NCBI GenBank assembly: GCA_951406725.2
Contig: OX597819.1
Location: 124,000,001-124,064,000 of the forward strand
Reading direction: 5' to 3'
Source of the DNA: Octopus vulgaris
Lineage: Eukaryota
Length of the DNA stretch: 64,000 nucleotides
The notes below the pieces were generated by a model. It saw nothing but the letters and a program-made list of their open reading frames with translations. It was not told the origin of the DNA and searched no databases. This document shows, piece by piece, positions 23,067 through 37,220 of this stretch. Every line of letters begins with the position of its first letter. The stretch's first letter is position 1. The translations under genes and the position numbers were made by a program.

Positions 23067-24564
23067 TATAAACTAATTAGTACATAGGTAATGGTTTTTT
23101 TATTTCTTATATTTTCATTTGTCTTGCTTATTTTTACACTTTGGCTTTTTGTTGAATTTTTTCTTGAGAACACATTCTTCGTGGAAAATGGCGATCTTGA
23201 CGTCTATTTCTAGCATACAGGCTGTCTACTATTAGTGGTCAGTCCTCTAAATTTTGTATGTTTAAAATTTTTAATCTTCGGATTTTTAAAAAATATGCTA
23301 GGCCACTGGTTTTAATTGATAAATATCAATTTCTACCTTTATTCAATTTTATATATCATCATCATCATCATCATCGTTTAACGTCCGCTTTCCATGCTAG
23401 CATGGGTTGGACGGTTCAACTGGGGTCTGGCAAGCCCGAAGGCTACACCAGGCCAGTCAGATCTGGCAGTGTTTCTACAGCTGGATGCCCTTCCTAACGC
23501 CAACTACTCCGAGAGTGTAGTGGGTGATTTTATGTGCCACCGACACAGGTGCCAGACGAGGCTGGCAGACGGCCACGCTCGGATGGTGTTTTTTATGTGC
23601 CACCGACACAGGTGCCGTGTGTGTATTTATATATACATAAATTAGCCCTCTGAACTTCTTAAACACTCTTCTAAACTCCCTGACGAAGCCGAGAGGCATA
23701 CCCAAGTGCCCTAATTTTATCTACGATCACTATGGTACACTAGAAAGATGGAAATAACATGAGAGGTACTGAGACCTCTTGGCAGACAGAAACAGCTGTA
23801 AGAAACTGTTCTTCCTTCTCAATTCTAGAAATTATTGGTGCTTTATATATAAAACATAATCTTTACACGTGTATATATATTCGCATAATAGTTTAAAATA
23901 AATAAATTGACATATTATAATGTCTAACAGTATAAAGCTCGTCCACCCTCGGAATTATCCACTGGTTAAACTAAAGCGTTAAACCCGGTCAAAAAAACAA
24001 AAAAAATGTGGTAGCATTATTATACACTTCCATGGCGTTAGGAAGGGCATCCAGCTGTAGAAACTTTGCCAGATCAGATTGGAGCCTGGTGCAGCCATCT
24101 GTTTCGCCAGTCCTCAGTCATTAGTCCAACCCATGCTAGCATGGAAAGCGGACGTTAAATGACGATGATGATGATGATGATGATGTTCATGTTTTGGGTG
24201 TTCGTCGTGTGTGAATATGAAATTGAAGAAATTGGAGTCAACAAGGAGTACAGCTGGATAGTTATTTTTTAATCACTACAATTGTTTCCACCCAACGTGG
24301 TTCTCCAAAAATACAGGTATTTGATTATGCAACTGTTTGTTTGCATAATGAGATCCATTTGCACTTTGTCAGGTGATATTCAAGTGTTATCTCCCTTAGT
24401 TTAAAATCTTCGACTTAAAGGCCATCCAATCCGTCCTCGTTTGAATCTTGTAGCAGTTAGTAGATTCATGTTGTTTGTGGGCAGAGTGCATTTACTGGAC
24501 TGCTATGAGTGGTAGTGGATAGCTGTTTTGTATGTATATATGAATGCCTAAATATATGTATGTA

Positions 24565-24786
24565 GGTCCTACTAGCGAACAGTGGTCCCGGTGCACGCAT
24601 CTGCGCCAGCTAGTCATAACTAGTCGATCCTTACTTTGTGTTTTTGTGTTATTTACTTGGTTTAAAAATTATTTATTTTGTGTTTTATTTACTTTGCTAG
24701 GTAGTCATTGTAGGATCAACTAGTCACGACTAGCTAGCGCGGATGCGCATGTGCGCACACCAGGACCACTGTTTGCTAGTAGTACC
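24565..24786. mobile_element. MITE with ~60-bp imperfect TIRs and 9-bp TSD (Merlin/MULE-like)
   Basis: GGTCCTACTAGCGAACAGTGGTCC.../...GGACCACTGTTTGCTAGTAGTACC; ATGTATGTA on both sides. Confidence 0.75.
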
Positions 24787-25130
24787 ATGTATGTATATAT
24801 GCATGTGTATGTGCGTGTATGAGTGTATCTGTGTGTGTATATGGGCATATATACATAGGTTTGTTTGTGTGTCGTAGGGTATGTGTATATGTATCTGAAT
24901 GTGTGTGTATGTGTGTATATGTGAGCGTATCTCTCTATGTATACAGGTATATATACACAGGTTTGTTTGTGTGTAGGAGGGTATGTGTGTGTGAGAGTGT
25001 ATGTATGTGTGTATCTGACCAATGAATATTTGAAGGTCAGCTAATAAAATTCGCATGTGCAGCCAACCATGAAGAACAGGTCATCGATCAGCCAGTACCA
25101 AAACAGCCATCCACTACCACTCATAGCAGC

Positions 25131-27586
25131 CACTGTGCCACAAATTTCAGGTTCAAAAAATGTACAAGCTAAGTAAGACTTGTTCCTGGGTCAAAAAATT
25201 GTCCTGATTCTGATTCTGACCTTTATTTCTCCAGATTAGGCACCGTTTTCCTGTACCATGAACCATATCTTTATATATAAAACTGAAGTTGTGTGAGAGT
25301 CTGTCTCCTCCGATTTAGATTCCTAACTACTCCCACATTTTGCAGTGCAGTTTAACCAAAACCGGGTATCTTATAGTCGTGATTCATATCGAGCCCTTCT
25401 GAGTATTAGCGTGCGTCTACGATGAGTCTACGATTTTAAAAAATTTTACCATCATTTTTTCGTTTTTTTTAATGCATTTTTTGCTCGGTTTATGTAAGGG
25501 AAGTAACTCTCTAAAAATGCTTATATAGTTATTTCCCTTACAAACCCGAGCAACGCCGGGCGATACTGCTAGTGTTCTATAATATACTGCATAATATTGC
25601 GTATTGAACACAACATTACAAATAATGAAAGTTACAAAAAAACAAAACAAAAATTTAGTTGGTATAACAAAACATTTATTGGTTGTGAATTAAAAACACA
25701 CCTGTCAGTTTAATCAACTTTTGTCCTTCTAAGCTTCTTGTGCAGAGTGTGACCTTCTGTTTTTTATACCCCAGCAGAAGGGTTCCAATTTCCTTCGAAT
25801 ATTCACTCCATCACTGAAATATCCTGATAGAATTTTTTGCCATGTTCATAACTCACATCACCAAGATTTTCTGCAAAAAAATCCAAATGAGAGTGAAGCA
25901 CATGAACTTTTAGAGACATGTTACATCCCATATCATGATAATGACTCAGCAGATCATTCACAACTTGCACATAGTCTTCTGAATGATGGTTGCCCAGGAG
26001 GTTATTGCAAACTTTCTTGAATGACTCAAAGGCAAGCTTCTCTTTTCTCTTGAGATGTGTGATGATGGTTTCATCAAGTACAATTTTTCGATTTTGGGGA
26101 CCTATGAAGAAACCTTTAATTCTAGTTTGACTCAGAGAAGGGATCTTTTCTGCAAGATATGCAAACATGGAGGATTTCTTGTCCAAGGCTTTCACAAATT
26201 GCTTAAACAAACCAAGTTTAATATGCAAAGGTGGCAAAAAAATTCTATCACTTTTCACAAGTGGTTTGTGCATGTGTTTCCTCTGCTCAATTTCATCTCG
26301 GATCGGCCAGTCTGGAATTCCACAAGCACAGGAAGTAGCAGAATTTAGTATAGCCAAGCTGAAGGCCAGTAAGCATGGCCACAACCTTAAAATCTGCACA
26401 AATATGCCAGGTATGGTCACCATGCTGTACGCTTGTTAGAATTGCTTTCAGATTTTCATACGATTCGTTCATGGTTGTCCTATAAGCTATGAGAACAGAA
26501 GGCAGAGTGTTACCATTGTGTAGCAGAACAGCTTTGATGCTGTCCTTGGATGCATCTATAAAAAGTCGCTAGTTGGTTTTATCATATGGTATTTCCAGTT
26601 GCTCAAAAAGTTCAATGATGCCATTACAAAAGCATAAGTCATCCTTCATGGTGAATAATGTAAGCAGATCCTCTGTACATTTTCTGTACAGTGTTGTCTT
26701 CCCTCCTTTCTCAAGAAGATTACCTTCTTGAAGCCTTGATGCCAGAAACTCACTTTTCTCTTTGGTTAAATAGAGATCCCTGCACAAGTCATTTAGAGCC
26801 TCTTGAGAAAATGGTATTGGTTTATTCTTGCTTTCTGAATCATTGGGCTCCACGCATTCACCACTGGCATCTTCATCAGCACTGCTGGAACTCTGTATTT
26901 CTTGATCTGGAGGTTTGGGTACAGGTAAATTTTCTGAGTGCTACTGGGTGCATTGCTGATTGCAAATTTGGGTAAACAATGTGTTTCTTTTTCTTTGCTG
27001 TTGTATAGCCTGTAAAGTCACGGTGACCGAAATAGCAATCATTAGAGTGATCTTTCTGTTCACGCCAAATCATTGGCACACCAAACTTCATGTGAACATT
27101 TTTTCCTGCATACCAGGCACTCTATGTCTTCACACATGTAAGGCAACACACATGAGGAGCCCATGACTTATCCTGGTCTCCTAAGTAACAATTGAAGTAC
27201 ACCTTGTATATTTTCTTAACACTAAGCTTTTCTTCAGCAAAAGTCAATTCCCCACAGATATAACAGAATCTGTTTGGACCATTTTTGCACTGTCTTGCAC
27301 TCATTGTTGAAAACAAATAAGATCTCAAAGATAAAAAATAACATTAAACACAAGCTTTGGATCACACTGCAGGTGTTACTCAGATTGGTCTCTAGCCCTG
27401 GGTTGAAACCCATTTTACAATGCGGTAGAGAATTTTATTTAATAATAATGACAAAAAGGGTATGCAGTGACAATTCTGTAAAAACCATGCCTAATTAAAA
27501 AAAATGGCCAGAAATAGATTTCCCATGTCATTTTGCATATAAAAATGACCACAGATCTCTTGTACTTTTTTGAGTGTTGCACAGTG
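25131..27586 (-). mobile_element. Chapaev3-like (CMC superfamily) DNA transposon, transposase pseudogenised
   Basis: CACTGTGC...GCACAGTG termini, 3-bp TSD AGC/AGT; minus-strand fragments FCYICGE, GDQDKSWAPHVCC, PMIWREQKDH, LPPLHIKLGLFKQFVKAL, MSLKVHVLHSHLDFF. Confidence 0.8.
25268..25572 (+). mobile_element. Non-autonomous Helitron nested in the Chapaev3-like element
   Basis: A|TC start, terminal hairpin, CTAG|T end. Confidence 0.85.
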
Positions 27587-27880
27587 AGTCCAGCAAATGC
27601 TCTCTGCCAGCAAACAACAGGAATCTACCGACTGCTACAAAACTGAAGCCAAGACAGATGGATGGGATGGCCTTCAAGTCGAAGATTTTAAACTAATGAA
27701 GACAGCACTTTAATATCACATGACGAAGTGCAACTGGATCTCATTATGCCAACAAACAGCTACATAATCAAATACCTGTATTTTTGGAGAACCACATTGG
27801 GTGGAAACAATTGTAGTGATTAAAAAATTAACTGTCCATCTGTAATCCTTCTTTTAGACTCCAATTTCTTCAACCCTCTA

Positions 27881-27921
<41 letters not shown>

Positions 27922-28314
27922 GTACATATATATGCACATATATGTACAAATGTGTGTAAGTGTCTGTGTCTCTGTGTGTTTGTGTTTCTATAAATACACA
28001 TACATTACGTGGGTGATATTTTCAACTGATTCTTCATTTGTATCGGATTCTTCAAGTGTATGTACATAAATTTACTAGATTGCTGACATTCATTAATGGT
28101 TGATGTGCTATTTTGTATCATTAAATAAAACTGTCTGTATTTTTGATGACACGGATATGCTAGTGTTTAATAATAACCATTATATTAACTACCCATATAC
28201 GAATCATCATTACAATGAAAAAAAGGCTTCCGCTTAATTTTTATAATAACGATATTTTTTCTCGTATCTTATGAATTCCAAAAAATTGTATTGTAAAAAT
28301 ATTGGACATTTGTT

Positions 28315-29810
28315 ACCACGGATGCCATATTCCTGGTAAGACAGCTGTAGGAGAAATACCTAGCCAAAGATAAGCCCCTGTACCTGGCTTTCGTTGACAT
28401 GGAGAAAGCCTTCGACAGGGTCCCCCGATCCCTTATCTGGTGGTCAATGAGGAAACTAGGGATAGATGAATGGTTAGTGAGAGCTGTGCAAGCCATGTAC
28501 AGGGACACTGCTAGTAAGGTGAGGGTTGGCAACGAGTACAGTGAAGAATTCTGGGTAGAGGTAGGAGTCCACAAAGGCTCAGTCCTCAGCCCCCTCCTTT
28601 TTATCATAGTCCTCCAGGCAATAATGGAGGAATTCAAGACAGGATGCCCCCAGGAGCTCCTCTATGCTGATGACCTTGCTCTAATTGCTGAGTTACTATC
28701 AGAACTGGAGAAGTTTCAGGTGAGGAAGCAAGGATTAGAATCGAAGGGCCTTAGAGTCAACCTAGCTAAAACCAAAGTCCTAATAAGTAGGAAGGTAGAC
28801 AAGTCACAAACGCCTTCAGGTAGATGGCCCTGCTCGATCTGTAGAAAAGGCGTAGGTAGAAACTCTATAAGATGCACCAAGTGTAAGCTATGGGCACATA
28901 AGAGGTGCAGCAACGTCAAGGGAAGGCTAACTAGGAAGATAGTTTTTGTATGTGGCAGATGCTCAGGAGCAGTAAACACTGAAAATGCGTAGAGACCAAC
29001 TTCTGCCACATCAGATGTGGTGTGCAAGAGAGACGACTGCACTGGTATGGTCATGTGGCAAGAATGGATGAGGATAGCTGTGTGAAAAAGTGCCACACCT
29101 TAGCGGTTGAGGGAACCTGTGGAAGAGGTAGACCCAGGATGAGGTGGTGAAGCACAACCTTTGAACATTAGGCTTCACCGAGGCAATGACTAGTGACCAA
29201 GACCTTTGGAAATATGCTGTGCTTGAGAAGACCCAGCAAGCCAGGTGAGATCGTAACCCGTGGCCTATGCCAGGGGTGTAACCAGCCCACTTAGGCATAC
29301 CTTTCCTTCATTGGACACTAAACTGCTTGCGAAGACCTGTTGAGGCAAGTGAAATTGAAATCAAATCAAATTCACAAATTCGATGACTGGCATCCGTGCC
29401 AGGTGGAGTGCTAAGAGCACCATTTGAGCTTGATAGCCAAAGCAGCTGAATGGCTTCCATGCCAGTGACATATAAAAAGCACCATTCAAACGTGATCATT
29501 ACCAGCATTGCCTTAAACATTCGAGCGAGGTTGTTGCCAGTGCCACTGGACTGGCTCCTGTGCAGGTGGCACATAAAAAACACCACTTGAGCGTGGCCAT
29601 TGCCAGTACCGCCTAACTGGCCCTTGTGCTGGTGGCACATAAAAGTACCCACTACACTCTCGGAGTGGTTGGCATTAGGAAGGGCATCCAGCTGTGGAAA
29701 CTCTGCCAGATCAGATTGGAGCCTGGTGCAGCCATCTGGTTCACCAATTCTCAGTCAAATCGTCCAACCCATGCTAGCATGGAAAGCGGACGTTAAACAA
29801 TGATGATGAT
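28315..29810 (+). mobile_element. 5'-truncated RTE-clade LINE (RT with Cys/His PHD-like insert, repeat-rich 3' UTR, (GAT)n tail)
   Basis: FVDMEKAFDRVPR, GVHKGSVLSPLLF, YADDL motifs in 28399-28992. Confidence 0.9.
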
Positions 29811-30195
29811 GTATTGCATGCTTGTGTGAATGAGTTTATATTTCACTCATCTTCATTTGATTGCTGTCAATAACAGTGTAATTTGCTTGCAGTCCACAAT
29901 GAAAGCATATCCAGACTTCTTGACATGCTAGGACATGTCAAGAAGGCTCATGCAGTATCATTTTTGTCTAGTTCTCTGAGTAAACCTGCCCAGAAGTGAA
30001 ATATGGTGACAAGAAGAGCATCCAACCGTAAATGTTACTACAACATAGTCTTATCTAAGTCAATCAAGCATGGAATAATATTAAAACAATGATGCTAATT
30101 ATGTACTGCAATGCCAGTATTTTTTAACTAAAACTGTTGATTTAAAAATATAAACTATTTAAATTGTTTTGATTACTATGGCTATGATTTTTAAC

Positions 30196-30573
30196 ATAGG
30201 AGTGGCAAGTAGCTTTCTTACCAACCACATAGTTCCGGGTTCAGTCCCACTGCGTGGCACCTTAGGCAAGTGTCTTCTACTATAGCCTCGGGCCGACCAA
30301 AGCCTTGTGAGTAGATTTGGTAGACGGAAACTGAAAGAAGACCGTCGTATATATGTGTGTGTGTATGTATGTTTGTGTGTCTGTGTTTGTCCCACTAGCA
30401 TCGCTTGACAACCGGTGCTGGTGTGTTTACACCCCCGTGACTTAGCGGTTCAGCAAAAGAGACTGATAGAATAAGTACTAGGCTTACAAAGAATAAGTCC
30501 TGGGGTCGATTTGCTTGACTAAAAGCAGTGCTCCAGTATGGCCACAGTTAAATGACTGAAACAAGTAAAAGAG
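30196..30573 (+). mobile_element. SINE family A
   Basis: Homologous to 45331-45745; absent from the paralogous segment at ~43530. Confidence 0.88.
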
Positions 30574-30890
30574 TATTTTAGCAGATTTCATACTCTTTCA
30601 GCTAGTATTTCATGAAGCACTTAATTATAGTTCCCAAGAATCTTCTTCCATTCTTTCTATGTTGTCCCTTCAAATTTTCTTGAATTCTGAATCAAGTTCA
30701 GTACTTTGTGGCTCAAATCTTTTTAGTGACTGAAGAACAAATGAGAACAACTCACTTTAGAGATATGTCTCTTCAAGCTATGTCTGTTAAGACTGTAGTC
30801 ACTGAGCTGATGAAACACTGCTCATTTTTTTTTTAATACCAATAAGTTAATGGTACACTAAGAGAAAGCAAATTGATCAAATATTATATA

Positions 30891-31266
30891 CTAGCACTAT
30901 GACCCGGCGTTGCCAGGTCATAGTGCTCGTGCATGCATATACAGCTGTGTCCATGCGCACATACACGCGAGTACTGTCCAAATCTCCGACCAATCACATA
31001 CAGCTAGCTGGCATTCAATTGGCGTATCAAGTTTCGGGCATTTTTATTGGGTTTTGGATAGAAAATTCACAAAAAAGTCACTTCTATTGATTTTTTAATG
31101 GCTTTGCAGGGTGACTGGGGAAATGTAAAGATGTGCACGACCATCCTTGGATGGTTTTGAATGACCATAGAAAGTACGAGCCCGCTAACTGATAAATTGT
31201 GGATTTGTATAAAGGACACGCGCACACACACACACACAGACATTTTGCCGTTTATATATAGAGAGA
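30891..31266 (-). mobile_element. Non-autonomous Helitron (second family)
   Basis: CTAG end with hairpin, TC start; similar 3' end at 42816-43126. Confidence 0.75.
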
Positions 31267-33524
31267 TTCTTAAAGAGTAATGGAATCAAATTTTACATAG
31301 TTTTTCTTGTTAGATAAATTCTGTCTGAATCAGTAAAGCCTGATACCAGACCAATGGGTGATGAAATCTGAAGAAACCAAGAAAATGGTAGAACTTTTCA
31401 ATTTCTAACTTCAAAGGTTATTCTGAATATAAAATTCTTTTCAATAATTCTTCCAAACTTGTTGCCTACTCTGCACACACACACATTATTGAAGCCAACA
31501 AAGAAACCTATAATGTTTGTCCTGCTATAACAGATTTCTCTCAAATTACACCAAACAACTTCAACACAATTGTCTTTGCAATCTAAGAACAATGGGAAAT
31601 TATTCCATTCTATTTTCTCCAAATACTCATTTTTATAGCTACATGCCTTTAGGTTACTTGCTGTGGCCAGTCACTCAGTGACCATTGGTTTTGCACTTAG
31701 CTGCATAGGTGCCAGAGGCACATAACTTCTCTACAACTGGAAGGAAAACATTATGGTCAGTTAATTTTGCAAGCATAAGAAATTCTGGAACAAAACTCTT
31801 CTAGCAAAACCATGGGCAGGATTGAGTTATGTCCCTTAGATCAGTTCCAGTTATGTTCATGACTCGCTGCCAAAGATGTCTGAAGGAGGCAGCATTCCCC
31901 TAGTTGACAAATGGGGGATTTTCAAGTTTTTAATATCAATTTCCTCTGATGAGGGCACTGACAAAACGTTTCTTTTTGTGGAGTTTAGAAAAGTCCCTGG
32001 GTCAAGTGGGTTTTTCAAGATTCTTGCTCTTTTGGTCAACTAAAACTGATATCATTTGCTCCTGAAGCAAATGATGTAAGTTTTACTTGCCAAAGGAGCA
32101 AGAATCCCCAAAACTCACCTATAGGTGTTTAGCCCCAAGTCAGCATTGATTGTGTAGACATGTGTAAAAGTATTTCACCCTTGACTTTTTTCTATATTAG
32201 AAATGTGTTTCCTTTAATATGGTTGAGTGACTATGTATTTCAGCATTTACAAGTTATCACTTTTATAAAGAAAAAGTATGCAAAGACACCACTAGGACTC
32301 AGACCACTTCTATTTTACATTTAATATCCATGCTTTAAAGTGAAAGGAAAAAAAAAAAAAAAAAAACAACGCACTATTGTAATAAAATTGATTTTATTTC
32401 TTCATGTCATTTTCTTAAGGCAACCAAACATTATGGATGCACAGCTGTACATATATATTCTGTTCTGCTTCAATGAGTTTATTTGTCCTTCACTAAGAGT
32501 ATCAACAGTGATTCCAGTGACAGAAATTCATTTCCATATAATAGCATCCCAGCTGCTAACTTCAGCACAATGTCAAGTCTATTAGAAAAATCTTAATTGT
32601 TGTTGCACAATAAAAGGAGATAAAATAATGCATTTCTTGTAAATATTTTTTGCTTGTTTTGATTAGGCCTTTTTTTTTTTTCTTTTTAAGAGAGAGGAAA
32701 TGGTGAGTTACAGTATTCATGCCCTCATTCGGTTTAATTAAGAACTCACTCACTTCCTCTATATCATGTTACACAAATACAGAGCAATCCAATCAATATT
32801 TCAGTTGCTTTTTTTTTTTTAGATATAAGCTAGAAATTCATAGAGGAAGATAAGTCTGTCCATGTTTTTTTCTGAGAGGAATTACTGAAGTTTAAGCACA
32901 GTAAATTCGCTCAATAAGCACTTGATGAGAAACAGAGATCCAGAATTTACTCTCCGTCCGTGACACCTTCAGAGCTATAGTCAACTAAGCCAATAGAGTA
33001 ATCAACCTTCCAGTGAAAGTAATGGCAATTCAGATCAAAACATTGTTATCTCAAAGACAGCTCTCAGTAGCCACAGTCCAACTGGCCAAGTACAGGTGTG
33101 ACACAGTCCAACTGGCCAAGTACAGGTGTAGCTTTGTAGTTAAGAAATCCATTCTTCAACTATGTAGTTTTATGCTAGATCAGACTGCATAGCACGTTGG
33201 ATATAACCATATGGTTAAGAAGTTCATTTAACAGCTTTATGGTTTGGGGTTCAATCCAGCTGCCTGGTGTCTTCTATCACTTTGTGAATAAAATTTAGCT
33301 GATGGTAAGGGACTATTATTCTTGTTGTTAGGTGATAGAACTGGGTTTAACACCACTACTTGGCCTTTGGTTGCTTCTAGCAAAGATAATTCTATTGCAA
33401 GCATTCAGGATAGGTTTCCAGCCTGAGGATAACTTCCCATGAGTCTTGGAGCCCCAGGTAAAAGTCATGGGTAGAGCTCACCAGTAAATGTAACAGGAGC
33501 ACAATAAATGATAAATGTTATCAA

Positions 33525-34060
33525 TTCGATGACTGGCATCCGTGCTAGTGGGGTGCCAAGAGCACCATACAAGTGTGATCGTTGACAGAGCAGCTAACCA
33601 GCTTCCGTGCCAGTGGCACATAAAAGGGCACCATTCGAGTATGATCGTTACCAGCGTCACCTTACTGGCACTTGTGCCCGTGCTAGTAGGGTGCCAGGAG
33701 CACCATCCGAGCGTGATCGTTGCCAGAGCAGCCAACTGGCTTCCATATCCATGGCACGTAAAAGCGCACCATTCGAGCGTGATGGTTACCAACGTCGCTT
33801 CACTGGCACCTGTGCTGGTGGCACGTGTAAAAAGATTTGAGCGAGGTCATTGCCAGTACCACGTGACTGGCCCCCATGCCGGTGGCACGTAAAAAGCACC
33901 CACTACACTCTCAGAGTGGTTGTCGCTAGAAAGGGCATCCGGCTGTAGAAACTCTGCCAGATCAAGATTGGAGCCTGGTGCAGCCATCTGGTTCGCCAGC
34001 CCTCAGTCAAAATCGTCCAACCCATGCTAGCATGGAAAGCGGACGTTAAACGATGTTTAT
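33525..34060 (+). mobile_element. RTE 3' UTR fragment
   Basis: Homology to 29380-29810. Confidence 0.85.
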
Positions 34061-37000
34061 GATGTTTCATAGGATCATAGTGCTGGATTTCACGTACCCC
34101 TTATAAACTATAAAAGTGATGTCTATTCCACTTAATAAAAAAAATGATAGAAACAAGTAACCCATTGACGGATAGCTCGGTTTGTGAAAAGTCAAGGAAT
34201 GGGTTCAGATTATCATGCTTGTGTGTAATAAATGATATTGTCATTTTGAGTCATTTATCAAGCTGAGTGATACACTCAAACCTTTTGTTCTAGAATTAAG
34301 TGCTGATGACTAAAAATGGAGGTGTGTTTTGAATATCTCACAAATATTTTGGAACCATTTATACTTAACACGTAATTCTATAATTGAAAATACAGAATTC
34401 AAGGATTAAAATTAATTTTTTAATTAAAAAAAGTTTTTTTTTCTAAACTTTGTTATATATGATTAATTATTTTTATGCTCTTAACTCTCCCCGACTTTTT
34501 TTTTTTTCTTCAAATTTTTACAATTTTATTACAAAATAATATGTTTATATATTGTGCAGAGCCTGCATTCAATTATTGAAGACACAAAATTCAATGAAGT
34601 TATCAATAGTAATTGATTATTTAGACTCATTGCTTATTTCCTTTTAAAAAGTTTCCAGTAAATTTTTCCGAAGCAGCTCAATATTAAATCACTGCAAGTG
34701 TGCAGGCTTTTTCTTTTCATGACATAAATATATCAACAATAATAAGCAGCAAATTATTTTCAAAGAGAGAACTTTATTGGAAGTACACAATATCAAAGAA
34801 CCCAAGTACAATTACTGGTTGTCGAATCAATAAAACTTACAATGCGTCAATATTTTTGGGAATTCTTTGACATTGTATACTTTCGTTAACCCTTTAGCAT
34901 CGAAACCAGCCATATTTGGCCAAAACATTCTTCCTGTTTCATGGTCAAATTGGCCAGATCTGGCATCTCGCAACAATTAATTCTAAAAATGAATGCTAAA
35001 GGATTAAAGCTCTCTCTCTATCTTTAAAAATATATTAACAATAATGAGCAGCAAATTATGTCAGGTGTGTGTGTGTTTTTCTGCTATACATACAGGAAAG
35101 TTTTATACATGCAAATGTATAATAAAAACGTAGTAAACAAGATATCCAGTACTTTCGTGTAGAGTACTAAGTTGTGTTCAATAATTTGATTTCCATTTTA
35201 TCAATTTTACTTTTGTCTACAAATAATAAAAATTGTTTAAAGTTTTGGCACAAGGCCTGTAATTTTCAGTGGGGAACCAGTCGATTACATTGACCCCAGT
35301 ACATGACTAGTACTTTATTTTATCAACCCTGAAAGGATTAAAGTTGACCTTGGTGGTATTTGAACTCAGAATGTAAAGAGGCAGAAAAAATGCCTCCGAG
35401 CATTTTGCTAGATATACTATCCAAAAGTCTGATTCCATTTCAGACACGTTTTATATTTACAAAACTTTCTATTATTTTTAAAAAGGCAATATCCGAAACT
35501 ACATTCCATGGCACCATTCAGTAATGTTTATCATTTGGAATAATTTTCTTTAGATGTTGCTCATCTAAAGATAAATATTTTTAAAAAAAAGGAAAAAAAA
35601 GACAAAAGGAGAAATATAGAGAAAACCAAAAGAAAACAATGAAATAAATCTAGAGAAATATTTCTAATTGTAACTGAAATCATTTTATTGCTTTAACTAA
35701 TTTACTTATCCAAGGTTTGGATACCAAAACCTCAAATGATTAAACTTCCATTCCTACTCCCCACATAAAAATCATCATCTACTCCAATTTTATATATTTT
35801 GAGGCACTTAAAGCATCTTATCTAGACACTAGACTCTTCAGATCTTCTATAGATTCATAAAATTCAATTGACGAAGCCTGGTTCAGCCATCTGGTTCGCC
35901 AGCCCTCAGTCATTCGTCCAACCCATGCTAGCATGGAAAGCGGACGTTAAATGATATGATTCAGGAAAATATGCAAATGAAGGGGAAAGAATATTGACTG
36001 CAGTTGAAGCTGATATCTAAATCAGTTCGAAAGCAATAAGCAAAGGGTCAGTATTTCCCCCCAACCCTTTTAACTGACTGCAGAAATGTTTGATATGGAA
36101 TCCAAGATTCAACTACTCCTATATTAAAACAAAAAAAGGGCTCTTAAAATTGTTCTTCCATGTTTTGCATTCGTAGAGAAGACTAGAATCACTCAAAAGA
36201 CTTCTTTCCATTTTTAATTATATATTCTATGTAGTTTTCTTTGATCTAATTCTGTATTTGATATAGTTAAGGGTTAGGTGGCTACTGGATATTGATGTAT
36301 TTTCACATATCTTTATCCCCTTACAGTCACAGGTCTATCCAAACCTTGTGAGCGAAATTAGGTTGAGAGAAACTGCAAGAATACCTGTAATTCAAAAGGT
36401 GAGCTGTGTCACACACATTATGTCATGCTGATACTGCCTGAGAATTATGTACATACATCTGTGGAATACTCAACCATTTACACTCTAATTTAACAAGTAA
36501 GTAGTTCAGACAATCAAAAAGCTGTCAAAATCGACAGGGGCTCCATTTACTTTTATTCAATGATAGATATAAATAAAATTTTAATGCCAGAGTTTTGTGG
36601 CTTTAGAACAGTTTCAAAAAGTATGAATTTTTCCGATATTTTACATCATAATATTTTAACTGTGAATAGAATTGTTATAAGATACATAAACCTGGAAATT
36701 TATGAATATGCGCTTTTCTAGAGTATTAAAATGTTTAATCAGATTCAGCAACAAATTAAATGCACTTTGTGAGTTCATAGATTGTGCATGTGCATTTTCA
36801 GCAAAAATAGATTTTTCCAGCTAAAAATAAAAACACAAAATAATGAAAGTTTTTTGTTCATTAAAACAGAAACAAAAAATAAACTTTAGCAATTATTTTT
36901 AGAATGAGGAATGTATTTATATTCCTTTTGCGAATATATATTGGTGTGTGGGTGGTCTATGTTTATATATTTTTAAAATCTCTCCCCATCTTCTCAAACA

Positions 37001-37179
37001 TCATCTGTACTACGATTCCTAGGTTATCATTCAAAACATTTTATAAGAAAATTTTTAGAAAACAATAACTATTTATGGAAGACTATAGAGGAACTCAGAA
37101 ACAATTCTATCACAATATATTTTTTTTTTGTAAATTTAAGACAATTTCTTAATACATATACTACAATTATTTTGTATAA

Positions 37180-37220
<41 letters not shown>

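Noticed and set aside
33072-33129. 28-bp direct repeat
   Set aside because: Simple two-copy slippage duplication with no further structure.
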